64,000 nucleotides of DNA, from positions 134,821 to 198,820 of the forward strand of contig CAXHJY010000708.1 of assembly GCA_964016885.1 (NCBI GenBank), given 5' to 3'. The notes under the pieces were generated by a model that worked only from the letters and a program-made list of their open reading frames with translations, did not search any database and was not told the DNA's origin. A program made the position numbers and the translations under genes. Origin of the DNA: Eledone cirrhosa. Its lineage: Eukaryota. Each line of letters opens with the position of its first letter. Positions within the stretch are counted from its first letter, which is position 1. Positions 11,622 through 25,310 of the stretch are shown here, piece by piece.

Positions 11622-12281
11622 CAATGATGGTTGGAAGATCACTGATGAAGGTCTAACTTTATTCATATGTAACCCACTAGCAACGCCGCAGCACGTTTAT
11701 TTTCATATTTACACATATTTTTCCCCTCTGTTACACGTCTATTTCGTTCTTACTGCTTCCTCTTTCTCTGTATCTTTACCCTCTCTAGCAGTCATTCTCT
11801 CTGTTAGCCTCTTCCTCACCCTTCACTCACTCATTCTCTGTTACTACCTCTCCTCCTCCTCCCTGTTTGACCTGTGCGTAATTCTTTTCTTTCGCACTCT
11901 TGGCCTAGCAGGTCGTTCTTTTTCTCTCTCTCGTCTACGATTTCACAGAACTCACGTTCACCGAAATCACAGACTTCTTCCTCCCGTTAGACCTGTACGG
12001 AATTCCTTCCTTGCTTACATTCCAGCCAGGTTTGATGGTCTTTATTCTCTCTCGTTCACGATTTCACCGAACTTAAATTCATAGAAATTTGGGACTTGAC
12101 TTCTTCTTCCTCACTTTTCGTTGCTCACCATTTTTGTTGTTTACACTCTTGTCCCCTTTATTTACGTGTCCCAACGACTTTTTTTAGCCGTTGCTCGCAC
12201 CAACCGGAGGTATATGGTCTTTAAAGCGATGAAATACCAATGATGGTTGGAAGATCACTGATGAAGGACTAACTTTATTCA
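11622..12281. mobile_element. Unclassified TG...CA (solo-LTR-like) element with a 44-bp terminal direct repeat, embedded in (TA)n
   Basis: 11622-11665 matches 12238-12281 with 1 mismatch; the unit starts TGTAAC at 11668 and ends TTATTCA at 12281. Confidence 0.5.
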
Positions 12282-13114
12282 TATATATATATATAAACTC
12301 ATTTTAATATAAACACAAGTAAAAATAGAGAAAAGAAAACAGTTAATAAAAGAAAGGAACGTTTTTTTATTTAACTGTATACTCTATCAATCATTTCAGA
12401 GCGTTTTTATCTCATCCTGTACTTCGAAATATAACAAGTTTTTAAACCTAGTTTCATTGAAGAACGCGGGTGTTGTCTCGCAATAACGATTACAAGAAAC
12501 ATCACGACAACCATTTCATTGTCTCGCATGTTGAGAGAGCGACTGGTCTTGCTATGGCATATGTTGTGCACACCGAAGTCTTTCTTATTTGTCTTAAAGA
12601 AAAAAAAGAAACAACATCCTGCTGTTATTGCTGCTGTTGCTTCTGCTGTCAACCAGCAGCAGTAGCAACAGTAGCAGCAGGCCAATACGTCTACATATAT
12701 ATTAATGAGAAAAACAGAGTTTTTGTTGAAAATGAGTGTTTACATTTCTGACGGAAAATATCCACTTCCTACAAATTTCAATGAAATAAAAGATTTATTT
12801 GGTAAAAAGAAAGAAAAAAGAATAAAGAATACAAAACCCACAAATTTGGTGAGAGTGGAGTTGTGTAGCTAGAGTCAGCCGCGAGTCTGCAAACATATGG
12901 CACGTAGGTTATCAACGGAAAGAATATTCGTAGCTCGTTCGACCAGCTAGATATAGTAGCCAAACTTCCCTCAATCATCTCCCTATCGTCTAAAACATAT
13001 TAAACTGAAATCGAACTAGTACTTGATTGGTACTTAATTTATCAACCTCATAGTGATGAAAGACAAAATCGACCTCGGTAGGAATAATCAGAACGTTACA
13101 TGATGCGATTCAAA

Positions 13115-13290
13115 TAATTGTTTCTACTTTTGGCACAAGGCCATCAATTACCCAGTACATTACTGGTACTTTATTTTATCGACCCCGTAAGGATGAAAGG
13201 CAAAGTTAACCTCGGCGGGATTTGACCGCAAAGGGACGTAACTATGCTGGAAAGCATGGCGTCCGACCCTCTACCGATACTGCCAATCCA
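13115..13290 (-). mobile_element. ATT-tailed SINE
   Basis: Match to the within-window consensus. Confidence 0.85.
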
Positions 13291-13559
13291 AATGTTTTGT
13301 AACTTCATGTTGTTGTTTTAGCCGATAAACTGTAGTTTCTTTGAATACGGCATATACAAGTTTAGGGAAGAGAAATTGAAAGTAGTGACACACATACTTT
13401 GCCCTGGGAGGCAGTGACTATGCCAGTATTGCTGAACTATTTTGTAGAGTCAAAGGTTAAGTGATCTTTATTTGGTTAAACATAGAAAAAGAAAGCAATA
13501 TTGGAAAGGACTATAAAGGCCATAAAAAATTAAGCGGTTTAAGTGAAGTCATATATGAC

Positions 13560-13700
13560 TTGAAACCGAATCACAAATGCGGTGAACTTCTTATCCTCAG
13601 CCAAAATGGCAACAGATACGGTGCGAAACAGCCAGAAACACACGATCGGGTGAAGAGGAGACACATTTGGTACTTAGACGACATAAAGGTGGTAACATGA
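13560..13700 (+). mobile_element. Possible highly decayed non-LTR RT remnant (R4/Dong-like)
   Basis: RHIWYLDDIKV resembles the H-x-x-Y/F-x-DD-x-K RT motif; no other motif found. Confidence 0.25.
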
Positions 13701-15849
13701 ACGAGACAAACAACTCTATGGTCATTAACCGTCGAAATGGACTTAAACAGTTTCAACCACCGATAGACAGAACTGCTAATTCATTCAAGCTCACAGTATC
13801 TAATAAGATAATTAAACACTTTTCTGGAGCATTTTAAAGGACGGAGAACGAAATGAAAACAGTATAGAACGATAAAGTGCATAAAAACAAAAACAGAACA
13901 GGATTTACCTGAAATTACTGGCGAACAAAGTGTAACGAGAAACAGAAAGGTCAGTTTAACCCAGAGACAAAAAACAAGAATCACCTCGTTGAGCTGTTAA
14001 TTTCTTATTCTAACGATCTTTATTAGTGTCTTTTTTTTTTTAGATACAAAACTTTATATTTTTTAACGAATAGATGATCTGGCAATATTCTGTTTTATTC
14101 CAAACAACCCGAGCAACACAGGCGGAGTGAAGTGACTAGAACATGAATCTTAATGCCACATACTGTTCAGAGTTCAAATCCCGCCTTGGCCGACTATGAT
14201 TTTTATCTCACTGGTGTCAATAGAATAAGTAGCAGCAATTATATCGACCGTACCACTTCTACTTTGTAAAATTGTGGTTATGTGTCAATATAAGAAATCA
14301 TGCTATATGTATCGCTATATTAGATTTTGTAACGTAGCTAGCCAAGCTCTCTATCGACTTTCTATTAATCTCCCCCCCAACCTCTCTCATATACATACAA
14401 TATTTTGTATGTATTTGATTTATCTAACTCGACAACACCCGAAGGGGCCGTTATAAAAAGGGAAATCGTATCTTACAACCTGACCCAGCAGTATTCTTAC
14501 AAATGGAATAAACCTTCGTCGGTTTCAATGATGAGTGTTTAGCAGTATGAAAGTTGAATAGTTGCCACTTTAACAGGGTAGATGATTGAAGGTCGTTAGT
14601 TGCCAGTGTGGTAAGTGATAGTATCCTCGTTGGATTATCTTGTCGACATAGACGTGAGGGAAGGTCCCTCGATCTATTTACCATCTTAGTATTTACAATA
14701 TTCCTTTCGTCAGGTCGCCAATTCCAGCAGCATGGATTATAGATGTTATTGAGACACGAGTAACATAATAATGATTTCAACAGCAGAAATTAGAGATTAA
14801 ATGTATGTTTATTTTTGATGTAGCACAAACAATGTTTGTTAACTTATATGGTTGAAGTTACAGATAAAAAGAGATTACAAAAGGGAATGTGCCATTGCGC
14901 CGGAAAGCCGGCGAGGCTAGGGTGCAATATCTCACCGTTACATTATGCGTGTTGCTGGTTCGAAGTTTCTGGTACAAGAGAGAGATTCTTCAAATCCTCG
15001 CGGGGAATTTCTTCCTCAGGGCGCGTAGGGATACATCCTCTTCTACTGGCGCTGATTGGCTGAACTGAGCCAAATCACGCACAGAGAATGTATGTGAGCC
15101 CGCGGAATGTAGGTCACTACAAGTGTTCAATCAACGAAACGGCTTGCTCATAAAATTAACGCGTAAGTCACTGAGCATCCCACAGACAAGTGTATTGTAA
15201 TGTAATTCTCAAGGAGGTTCAGCATGATACAGCATGTGTGACAAGGATGATCCTTTGAATTACAAGTACAGTCCATTCTACGGGCTTCCAAACAATTTCT
15301 GTCTGCCCAAATTCATTCACAAGGCATGGAATCGAACTCGAAACGTAATGATTTTGAAGCGAACTTCTTGCCATTCGATCATTCTGTGTCGCATTTAACT
15401 CAACAACACATGAATGGGCGTTTTAAAAAAACAAAATGGAAATCCTATCTTACAACGTGACACATCAAAATTCTTACAAATGGAATCCATGAGTTTTACT
15501 GTTTATGTAGTCCACCCGGTTTACAGATGTTGAATCCTCCCAGTATTTCACATATTCTTGTAGCCGGACCGCAACAATACAGGCAAAGAACACTGTTTAC
15601 AACGCCTGACAAAATCCCCACACACCCCCAACAAAAGTGGGGTGGGGGGATTTTAGCTACCACTATAGCTTCTGCAAGACTACCAGTAGAAATGCAAGAA
15701 GATGCCTTCATACATCATGCAGTCTGTACATTCTCCTGTCTCTTTGGAATCCTTTTACCTATAACACCTCAATTAGAGCTCCACTAATAGTACTCCCCCT
15801 GTAAAACTTTCACATATTCTGTCTCCTTTTCATCCAACTGCATATAGCT

Positions 15850-16070
15850 CGGTGGTGGATTGGCAGAACCGTTAGAGCATCAGACAAAATTCTTTGTGGC
15901 ATTTAGTCCAGCTCTTTACATTCAGAGTTTGAATTCTGTTGAGAATTTTCCTTTCATCCTTTTGGGATCGATTATAGTAAAATACCAGTCAAATACTGGT
16001 GTTAATTTAATTTACTTTCCCCTTCCTCCCCCAAATTACTGGCCTTACTCCTGAAGAAGAAATTACTATT
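15850..16070 (+). mobile_element. Old diverged ATT-tailed SINE, long variant
   Basis: ggtggtggattggcagaaccgttagagc head and ctttcatccttttggg core. Confidence 0.7.
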
Positions 16071-16216
16071 AAAAGCGATGGCAAGGTTTTAGTAAACAGT
16101 ATTAAAAAAAAAAACACCTGACGTTGTATCGGTGAAACAAACATAAGGCTCTTCTTGCCTCATTCTGTTCTGTCATTTGTAAGTATTTATATGTACATAC
16201 TTCTAACCTATACATA

Positions 16217-16382
16217 CCGTATTCTCCCGTTTATTACGTGCATTCCTTTTTGACCAGAAAAATGTCTGGAAAAGCCTAGTTTTAGGGCATAACATTTAGT
16301 TATAGTGTATACCGCGCACCCCTAAAAACAAACAAGGAAACATTGAAAAAAGAAACCACGCGGTATACACGGAAGAATACAG
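16217..16382. mobile_element. Tc1/pogo-type MITE
   Basis: TA flanks; TIRs CCGTATTCTCCCGT / ACGGAAGAATACAG. Confidence 0.65.
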
Positions 16383-17572
16383 TATATTAAATGTATTCAG
16401 CACTTAGTATTAAAATACTTAACGAATGGTTTGAAATGGGGCTTATAGTTTACATCTAGCTTGGGCCTATAACCACAGGCTTGCTTATGACCTCCTATGT
16501 GCACACGAGACAGATGTGAACCAGAGATAAGAGGTCACGTCTAAATGTTTGCAACAGAATGAACTCCTCTAAAGGCGCATAAGAATCAAATGTAATTTTA
16601 ATTCAGATGTCATCTTAAGTCGAACATTCTGACTATTAAAACGCATTTAAATCTGGATATAGCGTTGCCGATTGTCTCTTTGAAAGTAGAGTGAAACGAT
16701 TAAAAAAATTTATTTCAATACTAAACATAGTGCAATCTAATTTTCCTTTGAAAATAGAGTGGAGTGATTTTAGTCACATGCTCAACTGACTCCGTCTGAC
16801 ACTACCTGAAATGGGCCTCTGGCCAGGAATAAGGACCCTCACCTGTGACTTCGAAACGCTAGGTTAGTTTTCAGTCTGTGTTGAGAAGAAAGGAGGGATG
16901 GAACACAAGGCTAACAAACTCACTCAACTGATCAAAATTGCTACAGAAACGACAAGCAGATACCTGTCCTTGGAGCAGGCTTACAACTGTACGGTAGAGG
17001 AGGAGGGAGGGGGAGGAGAAGAAGAAGTCCGTTAAAATGTAATGCTTGCTTATCTCGGCTTTTACTTTTTTCTCCTTTCTCTTTATCTTATCCCCAGAGA
17101 CAAGATTTTATTGAAAAAGCTAATAATATTACATATTTTATCAGCCCAGATGGTAGAAATGACCAGGTGGACATCAATAAGATTTGATCATTGAAAGCGA
17201 AGGTAAAAATATTAAATGCTTACAAAAGTACGTATTTGGTGTTGAAAATTTTGTGCCATTCTTGTCGTGAATAGAAATGAAGCATCATTTTATTTAGAAT
17301 TTCTTTGTCTCAAATATATTCCATGTTTTAATCTATAATACAAACTTAATTTCTACAGAACCAATAATTCATTTTTTTTTTTTAAACTAGCCATTTCAAA
17401 GTACTTACACCTCTCAATTAAGGGAGATAATTCAACTAATTATTTTCCTAATTTCGAAAGTAGGATGCCTGAAATTCTACTTCTGAAAAATTCATGTCGA
17501 AGAAATAAGTATATCCTTCTCCTCCCCCTTTCAAAATTGCTGACCTTGTGTCTAAATTAGAAATCATTATTT

Positions 17573-17760
17573 TGGTGGATTGGCAGTATCAGTAGAGGGT
17601 CGGACGCCATGATTTCCAGCATAGTTACGTCCCTTTTCGATCTGAGTTCAAATCCCGCTGAGGTTGACTTTGCCTTTCATCCTTACGGGGTCGATAAAAT
17701 AAAGTACCAGTAATGCACTGGATAATTGCTGGCCTTGTGCCTAAAGTAGAAACAATTATT
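17573..17760 (+). mobile_element. ATT-tailed SINE inserted at the tail of an older SINE fragment (17515-17571)
   Basis: Full head-to-tail match to consensus. Confidence 0.88.
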
Positions 17761-17807
17761 TTGACACAATAATTTATAAAATATAATGGAAACTCATAAA
17801 ATTGGAA

Positions 17808-17843
<36 letters not shown>

Positions 17844-18149
17844 TTATGTGTCTAATTGTTTGTGTGTGTATGTGCGTATGCAACCTAAGGGAAATAACTG
17901 TAAATATATTAATATATCAGAGTTCTTTCCCTTAAAGGATAATTGATTTGTTATACTTTGGGAAGGTCATTGCGGCCAATAAAAACACACGCAAGTTTTC
18001 ACTTCAATTTGTTATAAGTTTCCGGTTGGCTGGCTGGTTGGTTGGTTCGATGACCGGAAAGTTGTCAAAGATCTTTCGTTACACATTCTGTGACCTCCTC
18101 AGTGACTAGGTTTTTATTGTGTCTCTCCTTGTTCTGTCCTTGAATTTGA

Positions 18150-18325
18150 TAATATTTGTTTCTACTTTTGACACAAGGCCAGCAATTATCCCAGTGTATT
18201 ACTGGTGCTTTATTTTATCGTAAGGATGAAAGGCAAAGTTAACATCGGTGGAATTTGAACTCAGAACGTAAAGGGCCATAACTCTATGCTACAAAGCATG
18301 GTGCCTGACGCTCTACCGATACTGC
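18150..18325 (-). mobile_element. ATT-tailed SINE
   Basis: Match to consensus. Confidence 0.85.
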
Positions 18326-18815
18326 TGAAAATTATTGTGCACAGTAGTACTCAGGTGCAAAATGATAAATATCTTTAATCGATTTTCAGATCTTAATAGA
18401 TCATCATTAGAAAACGTGTCTTCCAGCCAACCAGATATTTAGTAATTAAGTAATCACCATTATCAACATCGTCACCATCATCATAATCATAGTCATTATC
18501 GTTTTTACACTCGCTTTGCCATGTTGGCATGGAAGCCAACCCATAAGAATAAAGTTTGATATTCAAACAGTTTTTAAAATGTTGGATCAACATGTGCCAA
18601 GAAAAACATATGAAGAAGAATATTTTTATTATTATTATTATTATTCAATTATTATTCAATTACTGGCACTGGTACATATTTAACTAACCGCAAGCCCCTA
18701 TATGGTCTCTATACCTACTAGAAATGGCAGTCAACACTCCCCAAAATCATATCTTACTGTTTTCAAAAATAGATTGCACATTGGACCTTATAATTCAAGA
18801 TTATTAGACAGAGGG

Positions 18816-19005
18816 TGGTGAATTGGCAGTATCGGTAGAGGGTTGGATGCCATGCTTTGATGCATAGAGTTACGGCCCTTGCCATTCTGAGTTCAAATCC
18901 CGCCGAGGTTAACTTTGCCTTTCATCCTTACGGGGTCGATAAAATAAAGTACCAGTAATGCACTGGGTAATTGCTGGCCTTGTGCCAAAAGTAGAAACAA
19001 TTATT
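18816..19005 (+). mobile_element. Full-length ATT-tailed SINE with TSD
   Basis: attattagacagagggtggt at 18800-18819 and 19000-19019. Confidence 0.92.
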
Positions 19006-19579
19006 AGACAGAGGGTGGTCACAGTGTAAACAATAACAACAGCAGCAACAAGCCCTGCACTATTGCTGTGCATATATTCAGTGTATGTGAGGCAATGAAG
19101 TGGCAGGGTCATTAGAATGTTTTGAAGTATTCGTTGCAGTTCTCAGCATTCTCTGAGTTCAAATCCCACTGAGGTCAACTTTGCCTTTTGTCTTCTTGAG
19201 ATCGATAAAAAAAAAGTGCTAGTACACTATTGGGGGTCAATTCTACCTCACTTTCTCTCCTTTTCTAGAAGAAATTGGCTGTGTTCAGATTTGGAGAGGA
19301 GTAGGCCCAGCTAAATTGAAAATGTCCCTACAAATCCCTCAAGAGTTATAGATTCATATATACATTCATCGTAGATGTTGAATATAAAGATATAAAAGGG
19401 ATTAAGGCCACAAAGGAATTGGGTAAAGTTTCAAATTGATTTATAATTAAACGTAGACACTGTTATACACACTCAAACATATGTTTGACATTAGCTGTGT
19501 CACTAACACAGTGTGATTCATAATAGAAGTGTATATGTAGGCATATATGATACGTTTATGTATCTCTTTTTTCTGTGAT

Positions 19580-19608
<29 letters not shown>

Positions 19609-19614
<6 letters not shown>

Positions 19615-20893
19615 AGAAAAAAGAGAATCAGTGGTGCGACGAATAAGATTTATTAGACATATTACAATTGTTTCTCAGGCGACCAGCTCGAGGCATGATC
19701 GATATGGTGATCAAACCTGACTCTGAAATCGCGCGGTCGTCAGATACGTCTCGATTCTATGAAGCAGATTTTCCTATTGTCCTTTAACATCGAATTTCTT
19801 CATTTGTTGATTTAGATTCTGTTGTCATTCCATGAGTGGTCAAGAATTGAACACGTCACTGGTATTTCTAGCCACTCCTGGTTGGCCACTTCTTGCTTCC
19901 TCTCGTTCTCCACCTGTCAATCAAAATTACTACTGTGGTGGGGGAGGGGCTGTAATCATGAACGGCTGGCATCACTTCGACGTCTTCATTGCCCCTAGGC
20001 GCCTTAGTCCACATCGGTCAGGTACACACCCGTAATTATGCTGTATGCAGCATTCATCATAAATAATGTTTTGCGGGAATTTAAAAAATAAACAAATGTG
20101 CGGGGTCTTGGCTATGCGCGCTCCCCTGAGTCCAGTGCGTGAGTGTAGAATTGGGTGTATTTGTTGAAAACACCTTTGATATAGCCCTTCCGTTTGAATG
20201 GGTGTTGAAAGCTTTCTTTTAAAAACGTTTATAAAAACGTTCTTAATACAGGTTTTTTTCTTTTTCTTTTCCTTTTGAAATATGTATGGAGGAGGGTATT
20301 CTAAGGCTGTGTCCTACAAATGTTATGCTAAATATGTATGGAGGAGGGTATTCTAAGGCTGTGTCCTACAAATGTTATGCTAAATATCCCTATGACTTTT
20401 TTTTTTTTAATTCCTGCAAAAGATTATTTATGATGAATGCCGCATACAGCATAATTGCGGGTGTGTACCTGACTGATGTAGACTAAGGCGCCTAGGGGCA
20501 ATGAAGAAATGATGCCAGCTGTTCAAGATTACAGCCCCTCCCCCACCACAGTAGTAATTCTGATACATGAAGAAATTTTGATTGACAGGTGGAGAACGAG
20601 AGGAAGCAAGAAGTGGCCAACCAGGAGTGGCTAGAAATACCAGTGACGTGTACAATTCTTGACCACTCATGGAATGACAACAGGATCTAAATCAACAAAT
20701 GAAGAAATTCGATGTTAAAGGACAATAGGAAAATCTGCTTCGTAGAATCGAGACGTATCCGACGACCGCGCGATTTCAGAGTCAGGTTTGATCACCATAT
20801 CGATCGTGCCTCGAGCTGGTCGCCTGAGAAACAATTGTAATATGTCCAATAAATTCCTTTCATCGCAACACTGATTCTCTTTTTTCTGTGATA
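19609..20893. mobile_element. Foldback/MITE-like element with about 480-bp inverted repeats
   Basis: 19609-20088 is the reverse complement of about 20397-20893; ends TATCACAGAAAAAAGAG; non-coding spacer with a tandem duplication of about 52 bp. Confidence 0.85.
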
Positions 20894-21670
20894 TCATACT
20901 CTGCTCTACGAGGGCATTGAGTTCTCATACGGCCTAGCGCATATGGATGCTTTAAGCATCCAACACCAATTATATATATATATATATAATTTTATTAAGG
21001 CTAAAAAGTGAGTCTTGTTAATAAAAATGAATATTAAAACTCTACTTTGGTATTGAGTACACCTCTCTCTCAGCCGTCAACCATATCATCATCATCGTTT
21101 TAACGTCTGCTGTCCCTGCTAGTAAGGGTTAGATAGATGTGTGTGTGTGTGTGTCACTATTAATGTTAAGGCGAGATCATGTCATAACTATTTCAGTAGC
21201 TGTGTACAATGACAATGGAGATGGCGGTGACATGATCACAGCTTGAAACATTCATAGTGAGACTTATATATGTTTATTATACATTATCATATCGTATAAG
21301 ACTTATATGTTTTTTCCATTTAGTTCATCTCCTAACTGATTGAAACTAGCTTTTCTTTATTAACATTCATCATCATTTAATGTCCATTTTTTTCCTTGTT
21401 GGCATATCACTTACATACATTTTGGTTTTGCCATCGTTTCTAAAGCTGGAAGTCCTTCCTATCACTAACCACTTTACAGAGTACACTGAGTGCATTTCAT
21501 CATGGCACCATCACTAAAAAGGTTGTTGTGTCTTTGATACAATTGAAGGGTCTTCCTTTACTATTTTATAATTCTTAATTGATTGACCATTTAATGGAAT
21601 ACTATACACCAAATGATGTATGACTGTTCACTAATTGAATACATGTGGATGATTTATATTATTGCATAAT

Positions 21671-21823
21671 ATGCTTTCACGCATAGAGTTACGGCCCTTG
21701 CCATTCTGAGTTCGAATCCCACCGAGGTTAACTTTGCCTTTCATCCTTACGGGGTCGATAAAATAAAGTACCAGTAATGCACTGAGATGATTGCTGGCCT
21801 TGTGCCAAAAGTAGAAACAATTA
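21671..21823 (+). mobile_element. 5'-truncated ATT-tailed SINE with TSD
   Basis: attattgcat at 21658-21667 and 21820-21829. Confidence 0.88.
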
Positions 21824-22244
21824 TTGCATGAAAAAGATAAATACACGCAATAAACACTAGACTTACATCTATAAGAGCTTTAAAATGGTTCAGAATGACC
21901 TGCATAATAAACTCTTGTTTCGTAGAATTAAATAACTGAGAGATATTTCCACTCCCAACAGTTAGGTTTGCTGGAAATATATATAATTATCTTGGATAAA
22001 TATGGTACAAAATATTTCCTGCGAGTTAAATTGTTACTTGGGAGTTGAGCGCAGGTAGTCACAGATGGCGACATATAAACTAGAGCAAACTTTGTCATAG
22101 TGTTCTAAATAGTAAATATGTTATGACACAGCTGTTACATGTTTGAGGATGTTTGAACATTTATAAACCAGATGTCTATTATAGTGACATAAAAGAAACC
22201 TGTAACAATATATCTCAATAAAGCTGTTTCTATTATTTGTTGAG

Positions 22245-22547
22245 CCGAGGTTAGCTTTGCCTTTCATCCTTACGGGGTCGATAAAATAAAGCACCAGTAA
22301 TGCACTGGGGTTGATTTAATCGACTTTCCCCTCCCCGCAAATTTATTGGCCTTGAACGTAAATCTGAAACCATTATTTCCTGAATATGGATGACATGCTT
22401 TGGCGCATAGAGTTACGGCCCTTGCCATTCTGAGTTCAAATCCCGCTGAGGTTAACTTTGCCTTTCATCCTTACGGGGTCAATAAAATAAAGTACCAGTA
22501 ATACACTGGGTAATTGCTGGCCTTGTGCCTAACGTAGAAACAATTAT
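22245..22547 (+). mobile_element. Two nested ATT-tailed SINEs, the second inserted in the tail of the first
   Basis: TSD attatttcctgaatatg at 22372-22388 and 22543-22559. Confidence 0.88.
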
Positions 22548-22919
22548 TTCCTGAATATGAAGGAAGTGGATTGGCAGAATCGTTAGAGCATTGGATGAAA
22601 TGCTTTACTTTGTAGTATTTCTCTCAGCTTACTACTTTCTGAGTTCAAATCTTGCCAAAGTCAATTTTGTCTTTACTTCCTTCTTTTTAGCTGTTTTCAA
22701 TTTGAGGTGGTGAGAGTGTCACTGTGTAATCTGTCTTCTTATTGAAGTCACACATGAAGTCACATCATCATCGTTTTTATGTCAACTTTTCCATACTGGC
22801 TTTTCCATATTGATTAGATGGTACTTTTCGAGGTAATGTTTTCCTGCTGGATGCCCTTCATGACACTAATCCTTTCAATTGCTTCTTATAAACACAAAAT
22901 TACAGTGTATCTATTCTAA

Positions 22920-23139
22920 CCCTTTAATGTTCAAACCGGCCAAAACCGGCCAGAATTCTCTGCCTTTTTCTGTTGAAACTGGCTGTAACTGGTCACTCAA
23001 ACTGATGTTAAGATATTGTTCTCAAAATAAATACTTTCAAAATCTCATAAATTTGATATTATGTGAGATAATTATGCGAGGTAAAGCTTTTACCATGAAA
23101 ATATAATAGTATATATAGAGTAATGTGAATGCTAAAGGG
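22920..23139. mobile_element. piggyBac-like MITE, second copy
   Basis: Homologous to 8546-8766; right end gctaaaggg-TTAA. Confidence 0.75.
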
Positions 23140-25310
23140 TTAAACTAAATACACACACTTCATTTTAGAACATTTGGTTTTATAATGTGAGTTTGTTGTA
23201 TCTGTTGTGTGTGTTTATGTATGTGTTTGGAGTATGTGTTTGTGTGAGTGGGTGTATGTGTATGTGTTCGGAGTGTCTATATGTGCATTTGTGTGTCGAG
23301 TGTACATGCCTGTATGTGTGTGTGTGGGGGGGGGGTTGTATGTGTGGGTGTGTGTGTATAATTAGATACATACATAAAAGCATAATATAACTGTACCATA
23401 AAGAAGCGACATTTAAATATTGTTAAATGGTCCTCTGGTTATAGGAATCTAATAACAAAGGCAATGTAACTACTACATGAGTCTGTATTATTATCTACGT
23501 TTATGACCTGATTAATGGCATTCTAATAATGATATAGAGATATAGTAGTGTGTTAGTAACCAGGTCGTACATGTATAACATAAAAATCTTGAGATATAAT
23601 ATAGCATTACAAAATATTAATAAAATAAAAAGACCACATCAAACTATATATGTTTCATCTATATTTATGCCCTGCAGACAGGCATTCTGAGGAGTCGAAT
23701 TGGCTGGCTAGGCAACATCAGATGAAAAGCTTTGCTTAGTTTGTTCTAGTTCTCTGCACTCTCCGAGATCAAATTTCATCAAGGTCAACTTTGTCTCTTT
23801 CATCCTGTTGAGGTCGATAAATAAAGTACCAGTCCAGCATTGGGGTCCATTCTCTCTCTCTCTCAGACTTTACACACTTCCAACACAAAAAACTATTGAA
23901 TACTTTTATGATTTTATACCACTGACAAATTTTCATGTGTAAAAGTTACAGACAAAGATATATATATAAACCTGGTATATTATTATAATAGAAAGTAGAA
24001 ACAATTATTATGATTGATTCTAGAATATAACAGTTGGATTGAGAAATACTACTGGTTGATGAGTGCTTGTTTAAGGTTCATACTCATCATTAGTTCATGC
24101 TGACTGAGTAACAAGGGACCAAGGGCATCTGATCAGCTCATATTAAATATTTTCACCATCTCCCATTACTTATTATTATCATCATTATCTTTAGTACCGT
24201 TAACACATACACTCCCCCTCCTCTCCCTACATGAGCTGACATCTATCACTCTATTTCCGGTGTTATTCATCACTCACACTTTCCTCCGATGACACATCTC
24301 TATTGGTATCCTATTATAATGCTCACACTGTGTTTCAACAACCTACCCACTGTCAACAGTTACTATGTAACTACCACTCTCCTTGTCCTACCATCTTATT
24401 GCTGATATTTCTCCTTTACTTTTCACATTCAATTCGTATTATCTTCTCTTTCAACTCTTCGCTATCACTCTCCTTCAAAGCAACCCTTTAGTAATATTTA
24501 CCTTGAAAGAATGAAAACTTTATGGAGTAGAGAGGCAATAGTCAAAACAACTTCACTAGTGTTGGTGCCATGATAAAATGTATTCAGTACACTTTGTTAA
24601 ATAGTTGATGATTGAATAGAAAAAAACCCATAGATTAGTGAGGATTCTCTAGTCATGTTGAGGACTTGATAATCTCTCTAGTTCTGGTGACATGATAAAA
24701 TGTGGTTGGCATCCAGTCATAGAAACCATTCCAAACATTGGAACATACGAGTATGATGTAGTCTTCTGTACAGGTGCAGTAACTCTGAATAAGAACTGTC
24801 ATGGATGATAGTGACATGTCCAACCCCTGCCAGTAGATGAAAAGTAGATGTAAAAGGATGATGTGTATACACACACACATAAACAAAAAAAAAACACACA
24901 CGCACATACACCCAAAGGAAAATAAAATAAGCTTTCTTCTACACATAATAGTATGTAAAAAGAAAACGTTTTTCGAACTGAAAATGTACTTGGGGAGATT
25001 TTAAACAATTTCCCATTTTTTAAATTTATTAAATTTTATACAGATTTCACAAAATTCTATTTGTTTTTCAATGGGTTTGCAAAGTAAATAAACTAAATTT
25101 AAAAAAGATTTATTTTAGATAAAACAAGATAAAATTTCATAGCTGCTTAGTGATTCACAATTTACAGTTATTTTGGTGGATGTGTCGCTTTCATTGTAAT
25201 TAATTACAACTAAGTAACTAAGAGTCACAAGAGTGAATATTCAACATTAGCAATTTGAGAAGTGTTTACATAACATGTATTTGTATGTAACATATTTATA
25301 TAATAATATT

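Noticed and set aside
12225-12281. Hammerhead ribozyme (CTGATGA core, also at 11642)
   Set aside because: I could not build stems II and III with a correctly placed GAAA and UH cleavage site.
12400-12780. First exon or promoter of a minus-strand gene
   Set aside because: Unique-looking sequence, but no recognisable coding or splice evidence.
14105-14140. Helitron 3' end (ccgagcaac...ctag)
   Set aside because: The hairpin is degenerate and no 5' end or second copy was found.
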